A stretch of 47,447 nucleotides of DNA, from positions 1 to 47,447 of the forward strand of contig JAUCBJ010006749.1 of NCBI GenBank assembly GCA_032718475.1, given 5' to 3'. How positions within the stretch are numbered: position 1 is the stretch's first letter; each line of letters begins with the position of its first letter. Of the stretch, positions 21,210 through 35,255 are shown in pieces. Under the pieces are notes generated by a model. That model saw nothing but the letters and a program-made list of their open reading frames with translations, did no database searches and was not told the origin of the DNA. The translations under genes and the position numbers were made by a program. Source of the stretch: Nemertoderma westbladi. Lineage: Eukaryota > Animalia > Xenacoelomorpha.

Positions 21210-21977
21210 TTAGTGGGTCAGTAAAATTTTAAAAATTTTTTTTTCATTCTTTAGCTACAAGCGTTTAAAAAAGAATTGCACCAGTCGTACTGCAGTTATT
21301 CTTCAACCTTCAACCTATTATAGCTGTGAAATAGCTGAGTTATCGGACTTCGAATGTTTTATGTATTTGCTTCCACTGCAGGCCACTTGCGAATGCGAAT
21401 GAATGAAAGCAAAAATAAAAATTCTGGCTCACCCACACAAGAGGAGGGAGGAGAAACAAAATATGTATCAAATGTGATGCAATCTCATTAAGATTTTTGA
21501 AGACAATTTTTTTTTGCGGGGGGGGGGGGGGGGGGGGGGGGTCCGGTGTCCATGTCACTGAATTACCACACTATATTCCAGGATATGGTGTATTATGACA
21601 AACCTTATTACGCTCCTTCAAAGTACGGCGAATTTCTTGACAAGATCTTGCCAAATACTATTAGTTATTTAGTTTTTATGTAAGTTTTTATGTTTTTATT
21701 AAATTTCTTTAATTTCCTAACATGGGGGTAGTTTGTTACTCGAGCGAATGTAGTGAGTAAGTGTATTAATGAATCAAAAAGTGCTTATAATGTACTTTTC
21801 AACAATTGTGCACGGCTTGAAATAGTTTTAGTAAACTAAATTAAAGAAAAGTATTAAATTATATAATTATTTTACTGTATAATTAATAATTATTTTTGTA
21901 TAATATTATGAAAAACCATCTATGAATCTTATTCTGGAATAAAGTATTTAATTTTACGTAATCCATAATATCATATA

Positions 21978-22883
21978 CACCATGACCCGTAATATAGTGT
22001 CATTTTCTGATGACACGGACCCCCCCCAAAAAAATTTTTCTACAAATCTTTATCATATTGCTTGAAATTGGAAACACAACTAGTCCCACTCACCGTGGTT
22101 GTTACCATGAAGCCGGAATTTTCGATTTCGCCTTTAAATTTTATTTGTAAGCGTTTTAAAAAAGTATGTTTTGCGAAATCGCACCCTCTGTATCATTGCC
22201 ATTCTTCACTTTAGTCGTAATTTTTTCACATCAATAGAAAGCTTGCGTTGCAAGGATTCCAAATATGTAACAATGTCTGAATTTCATTGAGAAACAGCTG
22301 AGAAATAGGCATTCAAAGATTGCAAGAATTATTGTTCACTACAAGCCATTTATTATATTAAATAAATACACAAAATTCTAGAACGTGTTATTTATTTTAT
22401 GAGTTGGTAGGCAACAGCGGTATGCCTATACAATATCTATATTGCCTAGCTAATCATACATAAAAAAAAATTGTTCCAGAATATTGTGTATTTATTAAAT
22501 AGAATAAATGGCTTGCAGCGAACAATAATTCTTGCAATCTTTAAACGCCTATTTCTCAGCTGTTTCTCAATGAAATTCAGATATTGCTACATATTTGGAA
22601 TCCTTTCAACGCAAGCTTTCTATTGATATGAAAAAATTACGACTAAAGTGAAGAATGGCCACGATACGGAGGGTGCGATTTCGAAAAAGACACTTTTTTA
22701 AAACGCATATGAATAAAATTTAAAAGGCGAAATCGAAAATTCCGGCTTCATGGTAACAACCACGGTGAGTGGAACTAGTTGTGTTTCAAATTTCAAGCAA
22801 TATGATAAAGATTTGTAGAAAAATTTGGGGGGGGGGGGGGGTCCGTATCATGAGAAAATGACACTATATTACGGGTCATGGTG
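21978..22883. mobile_element. Palindromic non-autonomous DNA transposon (TA target; Tc1/mariner-like)
   Basis: TA|CACCATGACCCGTAATATAGTGTCATTTTC...GAAAATGACACTATATTACGGGTCATGGTG|TA. ~410-bp inverted arms and an ~85-bp spacer. A related terminus lies at ~21565-21592. Confidence 0.85.
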
Positions 22884-23639
22884 TATAAAAGATAATAAAG
22901 TTGAAAAATTTTAGACTTATAATTAAAATGTTTAATCGATGAATTCTGAGATTATAGCAAATTTTAGCGTTATTACAGTTAGCTGATCGTGTCTGTAAGG
23001 GGGCGGTAGATAATATAATTTAAAATTATATAAATAACTCGATTTGTTTGCTGAGGTGGCAACGTCATCGCCCAACAGTTTTTTGCAATGTTCTGATTGC
23101 CCTATTTAAATAAATTAATTATTAATTAATTATTATTTAAATACAACATTCTATACTTCATGCGACTTGGCAAACAGAGATAGTACAGGTATACAGATAG
23201 GATTTATGATAAATTAAAAAAGTCTCACAATTAATTAGAGTTAACACTGTTTCTTCAATGTTAAAATGTTAAATGTTAGATACATTTGCTTATGTAACAA
23301 GCTTTAAGATTCATTGCATTATTGATTTAAACAATGAGACTTGTAATAGAGGAGAGTGCTGGAAAGAAGGAGCTCAGTGTCACCCATAATTAACCACCTA
23401 TTGAGAATAATATCAATAACGTTGTTTGTTATAATAGGCCTACAGTGTTATTATCTGCATTACAATTGCTGTGTGCTATACATACTTTATGACGTCATGT
23501 ACGATAAGTATACAGTAGTATGCAGTAGTGTAGTAAGTAGGCAGTAGAATCAGTGTGTAGCAACCGAGCCTGAAGCATTAAATCCATCTCACCTTAATTA
23601 ATATTCCATGTATCCCTCCGCCTGCATGCCCTACACATA

Positions 23640-24995
23640 TATGTCCCACCTCTATGGCAGATTTACTGTATATTAAATCAGGGATCTTTTTGAGAGATAC
23701 TTGATACAGTTACTTGTGAACCAAAATGGGTTCCGCAAAGGTCGTGGGACCATGGAGCCTATTCTGGCACTTAGTAGGATAATTGAGGAGTTATAAAAAA
23801 AGAAAGACAGGCATCTGGCTGTTATCTTTGATGACTTCTTCAAGGTCTTGGATTCAGTCTTTCGTTCAAGTATGTTCAGCATACTTTCATTATATGGGAA
23901 TCTTAATGAAATTATTGCAGCAGTATAGGATGGTTCGTCGACATTTGTGTCTACTGTTGACAGTGACACATAACCATTCGAAGTGTTATGGGGAGTCCTC
24001 CAGGGAAACACACTTGCGTTATTCTTATTCATAATTGTGTTTGACTCTGTTCTCCGCATGGCCTTAGATCATCATAATGATGATGGGGTGATGGTAACTC
24101 CACCTACTGGCACCAGAAGTCGAGGAAATCCTGCCAAGTACCTAACTGATCTAGACTTTGCTGATGACTTAGGAGTACTCTAAGAATCACTAGAAAGAGC
24201 CCAACGGATCCTCAGCTTATTAGAACATGCTGCTTCTAGAGTTGGTCTTTTTATTATCTCAAAAAAGACCCAAATGTTGACAGTTAACTTTGATAGTCAT
24301 CAGCAAGTCTCTGATCGGATGAGCATAAGCTCAAAGGATGGTATGATTTAGCATATGGTCGACTTCTGTTACCTGGGATCATGGATCCGGAAGTCATGTG
24401 AGGACCTTAGAATACATAAGGGAAGGGCATGGGCAGCCTTGAATAGGCTTTCCAGGATTTGGAAGTCACATAGAACTCATCGGAAACTTAAGGATCGATC
24501 ATTTAGAGCAGCAGTACTTCCAGTACTCTTCTATGGGAGTTCATGCTGGGCACTAAATGGTAAGGACACCAAATCTCTGGATGGCACATTCACAAGAATT
24601 CTACGCCGGTTTCAATGTGTCGAGTACAATGCACACATCTCCAACCAGACACTATATAACATTGGAGGTCTCTCTTCGGTTACTCCAAGCTTTACACTAT
24701 TTCAAAACCGCCGCTTTGCAGGACATTGCTTTCGCCGTGAGTAACAGCCTGTGCATTATCGTGTGCTTTGGCGGCCTCATGGAGTGAATAAGCATGGCGA
24801 ACAGCTCATAACTTTCTTGAGACGCATCTGAAAGGACACTGGCCTTGAAGATGCGGATGATCTAGCAAATGTCATAGGTGATAGGGGGTTGTGGCGACGC
24901 GATTTTGTCGACAAGCTGGCACAGCATTCTTAATATATATGTAATATATATATATAATGCAGCTGCAATACAGCATGCCAATCGTAGTAGTAGTA
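23640..24995 (+). pseudogene. Decayed RTE-like non-LTR retrotransposon (RT and 3' end)
   Basis: QNGFRKGRGT, GVLQGNTLALFLFIIVFD, LTDLDFADDL, DFCYLGS, LFYGSSCW, FAGHCFR. Multiple stops and frameshifts; (TAG)n tail. Confidence 0.9.
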
Positions 24996-25029
24996 CACAT
25001 GTACTATAGCCCTACCTGCATGGTCTATA

Positions 25030-25330
25030 TGTGGGGCGAGCGACGAAAGTAAGCGAGCTTAGCATACAGGTACCACTAACTCAATCGGTGTGTTTGTTGT
25101 TCTGTCGATGTGTCGTTCTGTCGATCTGTTGTTCTGTCGTTCTGTTGTTCTGTCGTTCTGTCATGTCCAATTTTAAACGTTAATAACTCAGCCAAATGTT
25201 AATGAAATTTAACCAAACTTGGTACACATGTAGTCTGGCCAAAGTTTAGAAATTTTCTAAGTTGAATTTGCGTGGGGTCTTCGTGCAGCATCTGTGTAAC
25301 TGTCTTACAGTTATAATAAATTAATCTACC
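25030..25330 (+). repeat. Dispersed repeat resembling a Helentron/DINE-type non-autonomous element
   Basis: GGGGCGAGCGACGAAAGTAAGCGAGC, a (TCTGTYGT)n microsatellite and ACCAAACTTGGTACACA. Inverted copies at ~34310-34490 and ~36345-36722. Confidence 0.5.
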
Positions 25331-28254
25331 CAAAAATTATTAGGATTGGCATCAGCTGGTTGCTAGGAGACTAAAGGATTACAGTACGGTACCGGTAGGC
25401 ATACTGTTAATTGTTACAGTGGTACAGAGTTACCGGTACCGTCTTCAGGTCGTTGGTTAAAACCATCGGAAATATCCGCAAATGCCGCTCCTTTACTGTT
25501 TGAAACGCTTCCGACAGTCCGATGTATCTGGACCCGAGCAGCCGAGTGGCATCTAGATGCTAATCGCATGAGGAATAAATACTACGGAATTGCTTGCTTG
25601 TCAGTAAGATTCTATTTACTACACTGGGAATACGGTGGTTGGTCGGATCGTAATGCGGGCCACTGCCAAGTTCCTCATGCCTCACTCAGGCCACCCACCT
25701 TGGAGTGCGGTGGGAAGAGTCTGACTTACGTCGACGACTGGACGAATCGACGAGGATTGCGATTTGGGTTTAGGGGCGGCCCAGACAGCCGGATCCTGGG
25801 ATCGCCTGAGGGAAATTGTTGAAAGTCGGGCAGACGTGTATCTCACCAGATTACGTTCTCTGCCACACGAAAGTGTGAGGCGAAATCGTTGTCAAATTGG
25901 GTCGGAAGCTGCGGGAATTCTACTGTTCTACAGGAATAAACCGCAGCTGTCCGGTGACTACGGACGGATAATGGTGTTACGATATTTGGCGCTGTGTCCT
26001 GAAGCAGCCTATTATACAGTATAAAGTAGTTAGATAATTCATAATAATGTATGGCCGTGATTAGATAGGGACTATAAAATATCCAAATTTATATATTTCA
26101 TGCGTTTTTGTACAGTATGTAGTTTGCGTATGTAATTTTATAATAAAATCTTAGTAAATAACATTTATGGAAGCAAACTCTTATGAAACTTTAATATGGA
26201 TTTGCCGTTTATCAATATTGACTGAATTAATTGTGTATTTGTGTTAATTTCCATTAATATTTCTTTCTAAATTGGCTTTATATCGAATTTATGCTTAATG
26301 TGCTTTAATAATCGCGAAATTAATATTACGGCCAGCAACCTATAAGCCCATCGGGACAGAATACATTACCATATATGGTAATAATTTGTGAAACGGGGGG
26401 AAAGGGATCACAACCCGGCTTCCCCATTGGCCCAGCTGTTCTAGGTTATTCTAACGGTGGCATGGTTTGCTGGACCAATGAGACGATTATTGTATCATAC
26501 CTATTTCATCAGCTATAAATTGGCCGTGTTCCGGAATATGTGCACCTCATGCTGCTTATGTTATGTTATATGACCAGACGATTATTCTGCTTCAGTATAC
26601 CTGTTAGTCTTTCTGTACCTGTTTCTGTATGATTTGAATTCTTTGCTTTTTCTTTTCTTCCAATTATGTAAATTGTTGATAATGATTCTGCTGATTACTT
26701 CTTAATTACAATCTCGAACTATGATTTCTACATTTGCCTCTTGATTTCTAGGTAATTGAGATGCGATAATCCTTACGGGGATTTCTTTTAGACTTTCAGA
26801 CTGTTTGCGAACGCATGCGCCGATATGGTAGCTATTTGATTTAGCATGGAGGGCTAAGGTACCGGTACGCGTGGCGGGTGCACCCGGGAAGCGACAGAGG
26901 GAATTACGGAGGATCCAATGTGGGGCAATGCTGGCGGGGGGCCACTGTTGCGGTCGGGCTAATCAGTTAAGGACCGGGTACCGGTCGTCATTACAGTAAT
27001 TGGGGGCTGACGATCCGGATTTCGTCTCAAACTTGTAGCATTAGGGAGCAAATTGGGTTTAGTTAGGAGGCCTAGGTGTGGCTTTGGGTGGCTTTTGTGT
27101 CTTACACTGACATACTGGTATGCTGATATACTAACGTGCAGGTGTTTTAGTGCACTAGCTGACTGGTAGTTAGCTCTATCTGCCGTACTACTAGCTCATT
27201 GCTACGCTAATTTATGGTGTGTTGCTAAAGAGTGCCTGATTCTTAAATGTGAATGCTTAGATAGGCGCTGTTTCCTCGATTGCTTTCCATTTCTTAGTTT
27301 ATGCTTATTAATTGCTGATTAGGTCAAAATAATACAGTATTTAGGCTGTTGCTAGTATAACCCCGTACGTAATAAATTAGAAGTACGTATTCTGGAATAT
27401 CTGGTAATTAGTATGCAAATTCGTATTTATGACTGTAATTAATTTAGCGATATTAAAATAAAATAAGGAATTTGTACGCAGCATAGCGGAGAGTAGTTTA
27501 AGTGATTGTTTAGAATACCGTAGACTATTAACGCTAGGCGGTTATTTGAAAATAGCAGGCAACGAGCTGACAACAGTATCCAGTATACAGTAGTAAATTT
27601 GCTGGTCTAAAACCAGCCAAAGGCCAAGTTTTGTCATTAAGAAAATAAATAGATTTATTCCATTATTAAACATTAAAATATTCTCACATTCGACTCATTC
27701 CGCCCTGTAAATTCCAGTGTTTTGTGATAAGTGATAACACTGAGTGCTAGACCACCTGCACTCATTTTAAGTAGCTTAGGGAGCCGATTCGGGTATATTG
27801 TTTTGGTTATTCCTGCGTGGCTCATAGATTCGAACAGTTAGCTCTCTGTTGAGCAATCAATAGAGAAAGGAGCAAGCAATTTATCGGAGCCGAATAGTAA
27901 ATAATGGTAAAATCTTTTTAGCGGACGGCCCAGCTTGCGCCGCTTAACAGTAAGAAGCAGTTGCTGTTTGCGGTATCATTCAACAGTAAGACAATACTGA
28001 CAGCTGTGCTCGCGCTTGCTTAACAGTAAGACACATGATATTTGCTGCTGCCTTGCAACAGTAAAGTGTGTTTTTGTTCACTGATCACAGAATACATAAA
28101 TTTATTGGGCCGTTAGGGTAAATTGCAAATTAGTAAGTTCTTAAAATTTTAGCTAGGTTAGTGAGAATTCAGTTTCGGCTAAAATTATTTATAAAATAAA
28201 AATTTTAGAGTTTTGTACCGGTATGTGAGTTAACCGCTTAATTATTTTATACCA

Positions 28255-29490
28255 TCTGGAGATACATGGCGAGACAGAGCTTCTGAGTTTGGGGTTTGTC
28301 TGGGCCTGGGTCTTTGTCTCGGTTTGCAATCAGCGACGAGACTGAAACCTAGGACGCGGACGTGGAATCTCACAGCAAACAAGGTTAGTTGTTCTGTTGG
28401 CACCGATGTATTTGTGGAAGCAGTAAAAAATTACCAGTTGTTTATAACTGCGAAACTGAACTCAGTTTATTAGTTAGGATAGTTAGGTTTAGCCGGCCAT
28501 GGTGTTTTGGATCGCTCAGTTGGAGAGAGAGAGAGTGTGTCACAACCTGAAGGTGTAGCCACGCACTAGCAGATACATATATAATATTTTGAAAAATAAA
28601 ATTACGCTAATTTGAGCTATATATAAAGTTAGAAATATTTTGGGTGACAAATTCAATTTTTTTGAATTTTTTGAATTAGATTCAGAAAATATTTTCGTGT
28701 CATACCGGTATTTAAATGCTGTATAGTAGCTATAGAGCCACATTTTCGTTTAATTAGGTATTATATATAATTCCGGTATTTACTATAACTATATATATTT
28801 AAATTCACAATATTATATTGCGAATTTATTTTCGTATTTTGACATTTTGAGACCAAATAAATTATTTGACAAATAATTTAATCAAATTTTTGATTAAATT
28901 AATATATATCTCGAAATTTTGCGAGACTTTAGCCGGAAGGCAAATAACAATATACTTGAACAATGAGTGTCTCAGAGAAGGAGGCACTAGAGGACAGTTA
29001 TAAGACGGCGGCCGGACTGCCGACTGATAACAGTGTAGACATAACTGTTGATGACAATGCCGACTATGACGACGCAGCGAGTGGCGCTGACGTAAGTGAA
29101 CAAGAGGACGAGACAGTGACTAGTGAGGAAGACCAAGGTGAGATAATATTATTAGGGTCCCCTACCGCTACTGTAAGGAAGGATTGCACAGCAGCCCGGC
29201 CAGAAGGTGAGTGATAGGGAAGGTAGTCTAGCAGGAGCAAGAGCCCAGAGCCCGGTTTCCAGACCTGTGGGTATGGTAAGTGCCGTGGCCCCAGTGGCAA
29301 TAAGGAGTACCCAAAGGTTCCCACAATAATCCCTCAAGTCCACCGAGTGTGAGTCAGGTAAGCGAGAGAGAACTGGACATTGCGATAAAAAAGAAACTTC
29401 ACGTGCATGCCGGACATATAACCCGGACAACAGATAAGGTAAGGAAGATGCTAGCCTAGATGTTTCTGATGTTTAGGTCAAAGTCTGAAA
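28255..29490 (+). mobile_element. Possible LTR end, PBS, leader and acidic gag-like start (28963-29214), truncated by LTR E
   Basis: ...GATACA|TGGCGAGACAG partly resembles a tRNA-Arg PBS (TGGCGAGCCAG). A decayed acidic ORF follows. No diagnostic domain; upstream LTR start not found. Confidence 0.25.
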
Positions 29491-29494
29491 CTTC

Positions 29495-29853
29495 CACAGA
29501 AGTACAGAAGAATCCTAAGCCGGTGTTCTGGGCTTAGAAAGATACACACTGACTGAATTGCGTGAGTTTCTGTAGGCACTGTCCAACACAAAGTGAAAAT
29601 CGCTCTGATTGGTCGAGCGAGCCGAACAAAGAACAAAGAAAAGCTCCACGCTGGCATTAAATCAGCTGACAGATTTCGTCATCTGAGTTACAGTCTTTAG
29701 AGTATTAAGCGAATTGCGGCAAAATGGCTAGTTATGTCCGCTAAAGCACGCATACAGACATAACGGGTAAAAATGGCTTGTTATGTCCGCTAAAAGCACC
29801 TACACGGTACATTGCGGAGAAAATGACTGGTTATATCCACAAAAGCTTTTACA
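29495..29853 (-). mobile_element. LTR copy E (U3-side fragment)
   Basis: Minus strand TGTAAAAGCTTTTGTGGAT, TTTAGCGGACATAA x2, CAGCTG, CCAATCAGAGCG, AGAACACCGGCTT. Similarity is lost before the structured region. Confidence 0.8.
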
Positions 29854-29857
29854 ACCC

Positions 29858-30030
29858 AACTGCGTGGTTTATTAATGTTGTGCTAACTGCAAACAAACCC
29901 GAACAGTATTATTATACACATAACTGCGTGGTCTATTAATGTTATGCTAACTGCAAACAAACCCGAACAGTATTATTATACACCTAACTGCGTGGTTTAT
30001 TAATGTTGTGCTAACTGCAAACAAAACTGT
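29858..30030. repeat. ~64-bp tandem repeat x2.7
   Basis: AACTGCGTGGTTTATTAATGTTGTGCTAACTGCAAACAAA units. Confidence 0.9.
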
Positions 30031-31654
30031 ATTAAGTACAATGGAGAAATATTTATCCCAACTAGCTTGATATGAATGTGATATTGTACTAACAATATCA
30101 ACTTGATATTGTTAATACAATATCACATTCATATAAATCCGTTCAAGTCACTGTAATAATAAGCATTACGGGAACGGTCGCGGTCTACTTAGTGGCTCTC
30201 TCCCAAGGGATGAGTAAACCTAGTTTAAGTCACTGGATAGCTTAAATCCATATTTATATTATTCATTAATGGTTTAATACCACCAACCCTTTAATCACGA
30301 CATTGAATATGACAATAGTATAAACACCGATACTAAACAGACAAACACCACATCCAAGTAAATATATCAAATAATACAACCAACAAAGACGTAATAATAT
30401 CACAGTGGACCCAGATCTGTGTGAATGAGCAATAGCCTATTCTACCGCTATATTTACCGAATGTTGCTCCTTGATAATTAATAGACAGAAAACAAAACAT
30501 AAATGAGAAAAACAAAAAAATTTTTTTGTAAATTTTCATTAAACAAAAGGGGAAATATTATTAAATTAAGAAAAGTGCGTGAAATTCATTGAAGCCTATT
30601 AAATTATCTTTCATATAAAGCAAAAATTGCAAAAGACGATTAAGAAATGGCGGAGGAGTAGTATTTTTCGTGCGAAAATTTCATTCTGAGATAATCGCAT
30701 TCAAATTTCAAACCTTGCCACGCAAAACTACCTGTACAGGGTCTGGTTGGTAATATTGTCTGAGATGAAGGAAGCACACCACCGAGCTAAAATTATATTT
30801 ATGGGGGTTTTCGGGGTCGCTCATTTCATTTCCGATGTCAGTTTTAATATTTGGTGGAATGTAGTATGTCCGCCTGTCAGTTGTCTGTCTGTCTATATAT
30901 TATGACAGACCGGTTGCAACCCCCCCCCCCCCCCCCCCCCCCCCGCTGCGGTCCCTGGGGGATGGACTGCAGCCTTGATGAACACGCTAATGACTTTGAT
31001 TCTTGCATTGTCTAATAAACAGCCCCGGATCAGGATCACTTATTTTCATTTGACCTGAAAGGGTCCCACCATGGATTCGAGTAGGTCCACTAATACCTCG
31101 CGGCCTTCATCATGTCGCTTTACGACATGCCCCCCCCTGGCCTATTTACAGCACAGCGCATGTGATGTAGAGAATTTATCCCCACAACCCTTATGGCATT
31201 GGCACCATTGGGGGGTGGGTGTATTGGAAGGCCATATTTTGCTAGGTTGTTAGGTTTATAGGGGCCTCGGGGATATTTTTACAGAATAAATTTTATTTCC
31301 TATTAAATCACTTATATGTCCGTTTATTTAGACTTTTGGTCCATTTTTTTAGTTTTATTTTACCGATTTAAGTTCTCTGGTACTACTGAGCTGTTCTCTT
31401 AGGCCATCATTACCAGTATCAATATAAGGAAAGAGTGGTGTAAAAGTAATGCCTAAACCCTAGAAAGAATAATATTGCGGAACTGCAATGCTTAGGCCTA
31501 CTGATACTGTGAAATTTACTATCACTATTATTTATATTTACTAAAAAATGAATTTACTAATTATTTCAGAATTTTAGTACTGTAGTTAATTTTAAATAAC
31601 CTTTGCAGGCCCGGCGCTCAGCCAACTGCGCTACCCCGCCTTTGGGAAAAGTTT

Positions 31655-31830
31655 AGTGTTTTGGTTAGAAAAGTCCGCCTCCGTAACCTGCTCCTTTCCC
31701 TGTATTGCTAAAGAAAACGTTTATTGTTTTGGTTAGAAGAGCCTGCCTTTGTAATCTGCTCATTTCCCTGTATAGCTAAAGAAAGGGTTTATTGTTATGG
31801 TTAGAAACGCTCGCCTTTGTAACCTGCTCC
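31655..31830. repeat. ~69-bp tandem repeat x2.5
   Basis: TTTTGGTTAGAA...GCCT..GTAACCTGCTC units. Confidence 0.75.
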
Positions 31831-32604
31831 CAACTATTTGTAACCTAGTTGTAACCTGATTCCAACTAGGCTACCATAATTCAGCAGTTAGTACAGACTG
31901 ACAGAGTGTCTGAGTGTCATACTACTGCAGTACCGGTAAACTGTACTCTATAGCTCTACCACTTCTGCACTATGCAGCTACGGCCTACCTACCACAGTCA
32001 CAGTACTGCAGTAGGCCTACCCATCCCACCAAAAATTAAAATGTACTGTAATATAAGATATTGACACGATATCATCATTATTATTGTTTTGGTTAGATTA
32101 TGTCACTTTAATATGTCACTTTAACCTGCTCATTTCCCAATGACACTATAGTACCAAATGCCACAGGCAGTGACAGGACCTAAGATGCTTTACGAATCTG
32201 TGATGCATAATGTTCAAATTATGTTCTTTTGGGTTCTTTTGAGTATTTTTGGGTTCTTTTGGGTTCTATTGGTTTCTATTGGGTGGTTCTTTTGGGTTTT
32301 CTTGGGTTCTTTTGGGACCCCATTAATTCCTTTATTATCATAATTAATCACTAAAATCTAAAATCTATCTTTTTATCACTAAAATTAATTATTTTTTCAA
32401 CTAAATCTCTTTATTCCACTAAAATAAATCATTCTTCCACTATTTTTATTGCTTTATTTTACTAAATTTAATCATTCTCCACTAAAATTACCATTAATGT
32501 AATTAAATTAATCATTCATAACTATTTTTTATTGTCATTGGGATTCGAATTACCGGTAAATATTATGTTGGTTATAAAAGTTCACCTCTGTAAACTGCAC
32601 TACT

Positions 32605-33330
32605 AGGCCTACTACTACTAGGTCGCGCGAACTCGGACAGTGGTAATGAGATCCTCCCAGGCTTCCCGATTCTCCATAGTTGTCGCAATTTCGTTTCTCC
32701 CAAGTTCAGTATCCTTTTCAAGTTGATCTATATATGTTATGGCTGGTCGTCCACGACTACGCTTTCCATGAGTTGGTTGCCAGAAAAGTAGATCTGGTAT
32801 GACCTCGTCTTTATTCACCAGCAGTGCCCACTGAATCTTAATCTGCGTTCACGGAGGGTGGTTGATACAGGTGGTATTGTCAGCGTTTGTCATGTGTTGT
32901 CTCCAGCTGATGTTTAGGGCTGCCCTTAGTACAGTAGTCTTGTGTATCTACCATAAATTCATTGTTCAAGTGATTTAGTCAGTGTCCAGGTCTCACCCCC
33001 ATATAAAAATTACAAAAAAAAAAAAAAAACTTTCCACTGTGGCTCGAAAGAACTTAGTCTACAGGTGCCTGGACAGATCTGATTTCCAGATGGTATCCAT
33101 TTTTGATAGAGCTACCCAACCAAGCCTTTGCTTTCCTAACTTCTATGTCCTTTTTGCTACTCTCTATCCATGATCCTAGGAGTCGTCCACGTTCCGTAGT
33201 TGATTATTATCAATGGTTGTCAAGTTTCCATCAACATTAAAAGTCAGGAATTCGGTCTTGGTAGCATTTAGATGCAATGCAACCTCCTTAGCAGCCCTCT
33301 CCACTTTATTTAGTAGAAGCTGTGCTCTAC
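32605..33330 (-). pseudogene. Decayed RTE-like non-LTR retrotransposon 3' part (second family)
   Basis: LHLNATKTEF, LFWQPTHGKRSRGRPAITYIDQLEKDT...MENREAW. (TAG)n tail; frameshifts. Confidence 0.85.
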
Positions 33331-34739
33331 ACTTGTGTAGAGCACAGTTGTTGTGCATGATGCATCCATAGTAGACTAACCCACTCCACGAAAGCACCAA
33401 TCAACTATCAACTTTTATTATAATTAAATTAATATTTATTATTTTATACAGTACAGGCCACCAGAAAACGCAGATTTGTACAATTGTGAACACATTTTAT
33501 CAAATGTGTACCAGTGTAATGTAATGTTGTTGAACGGGACAATTGAACATAATTGAACCTAATTGAATTGGCAACAACCAAAATTTTTTCGCCAAAGGAT
33601 ACAATTGAATACTTTTGAAATGCTTAGTAATCTGGAAACTCTCTGTAGTTTGCCGCTAACTGTCACTCACTGCAGCTGGAAATGCGATAAGGATATTGTT
33701 TACCTTTATAGTGTGCGGTTAATAGTGTCTAGTAGGCATCAGGCCTATAGTTAGTGATGTTAAGGCATCTTCTTGTGATTCTCTGTGCCCTCTCGGTGTC
33801 AGACTAATGGCGCGACATCTCCCTGCACTAAATTAATTATTCAATGGTCTAGGCTCCTCCATCCTTATACCCATCCACTCCCATACACTCCATGAACATT
33901 AACAGTGTGGTAGCACAATTCAATGGCTCAATTATTGATGTAATACTATGAAGGATTTATTAGTAATTTATAAAAAAAAATGCTTTATGCAGTATAGCCC
34001 TGGTAAGGCTACACAAACATCTCCCAGCCAGCTAACAGCTCTACACCGCCGCAGAGACTATATTGACCAATAATGGGCAGGATTAAATTTGTACTCAATA
34101 AGTGTGCCGCTTTAATTACGTTTAGATCAATTAAAGACACATTTATTAAAGCAAATCACTTGAACTAATTAAAAACTATAATAGAATGGGGTATGTGGAT
34201 TACATCTGTATAATTTTTAAGTATAATTATTTAAATCTTATACTGTAAAATAATTAATTTCCTTTAACAGGCAGGTTGAAAATGCAGTTTTTACCGTAAT
34301 CAACTGAATTAACTAATTAATTGCTACTATCTTAGCTTCTCGAAGGCCACACAGAAATTCAACTTGGAAAATTTCTAAACTTTTGTCAGACTACATGTGT
34401 ACCAAGTTTGGTTAAATTTCATTAACATTTGGCTGAGTTATTAACGTTTAAAATAGGACACAACAGATCGACAGAACAACAGAACACGTACGTGGGGCCT
34501 TCGCGCAGCACGAGGCCCAGTTATGGGATACAAATTAAAATTGAGCGACTGTATTACAAAATCAGTATTTGAGAAATTCACCCACACTGCCAATCAATCA
34601 AAGAAAGGGGGACAGTAAGTGTTCAGTCCTTTTAATCTACACCCCCCCCCCCCCCCCCCCCCCTTCCCACCCACCAATACATAACCGCGACATCTACCAC
34701 CCATGGGGCGGAAGGGTAGCACGAACTTATTTCCAATCG

Positions 34740-35255
34740 CACGTTCAATATGCAAAGCCAGGTGGTTTATAGGAATATAATAAACACAGTACTCGTCTTC
34801 ATTATAAGCCTCGTTGCGTTCGTCCTGTTTTGTATTTATATATATTTCTTATATGCAGGCTGACGATCTTTATAATAATAATAACTAGGGATGCGTTCAA
34901 TATGTGAAGCCAGGTGGTTTATATAATAATAATAGTCAACGCAGTACTCGTCTTCATTATAAGTTTCGTTGTGCTCATCCTGTTTTGTATTTAAATATAT
35001 TTCTTAAACGCAGGCTGACGATCTTTATAATAATAATAACTAGGGATGCGTTCAATATGTGAAGCCAGGTGGTTTATATAATAATAATAGTCAACGCAGT
35101 ACTCGCCGTCAATATAAGCGTCGTTGTGCTCGTCCTGTTTTGTATTTAAATATATTTCTTAAACGAAGACTGACAATCTTTATAATGCGTTCATTAGGCG
35201 AAGCCAGGTATGGGTTTGGTTTATATAAATATAGTCTACGCAGCACTCATCCTCA
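34740..35255. repeat. ~155-bp tandem repeat x3.3
   Basis: CGTTCAATATGTGAAGCCAGGTGGTTTAT...CGCAGTACTCGTC...CCTGTTTTGTATTTA units. Confidence 0.9.

Noticed and set aside
31606-31640. tRNA gene on the minus strand (GGCGGGGTAGCGCAGTTGG)
   Set aside because: Only a 5' half with an A box; no T arm or acceptor partner. The same applies to the tRNA-like heads at 20864 and 38752.
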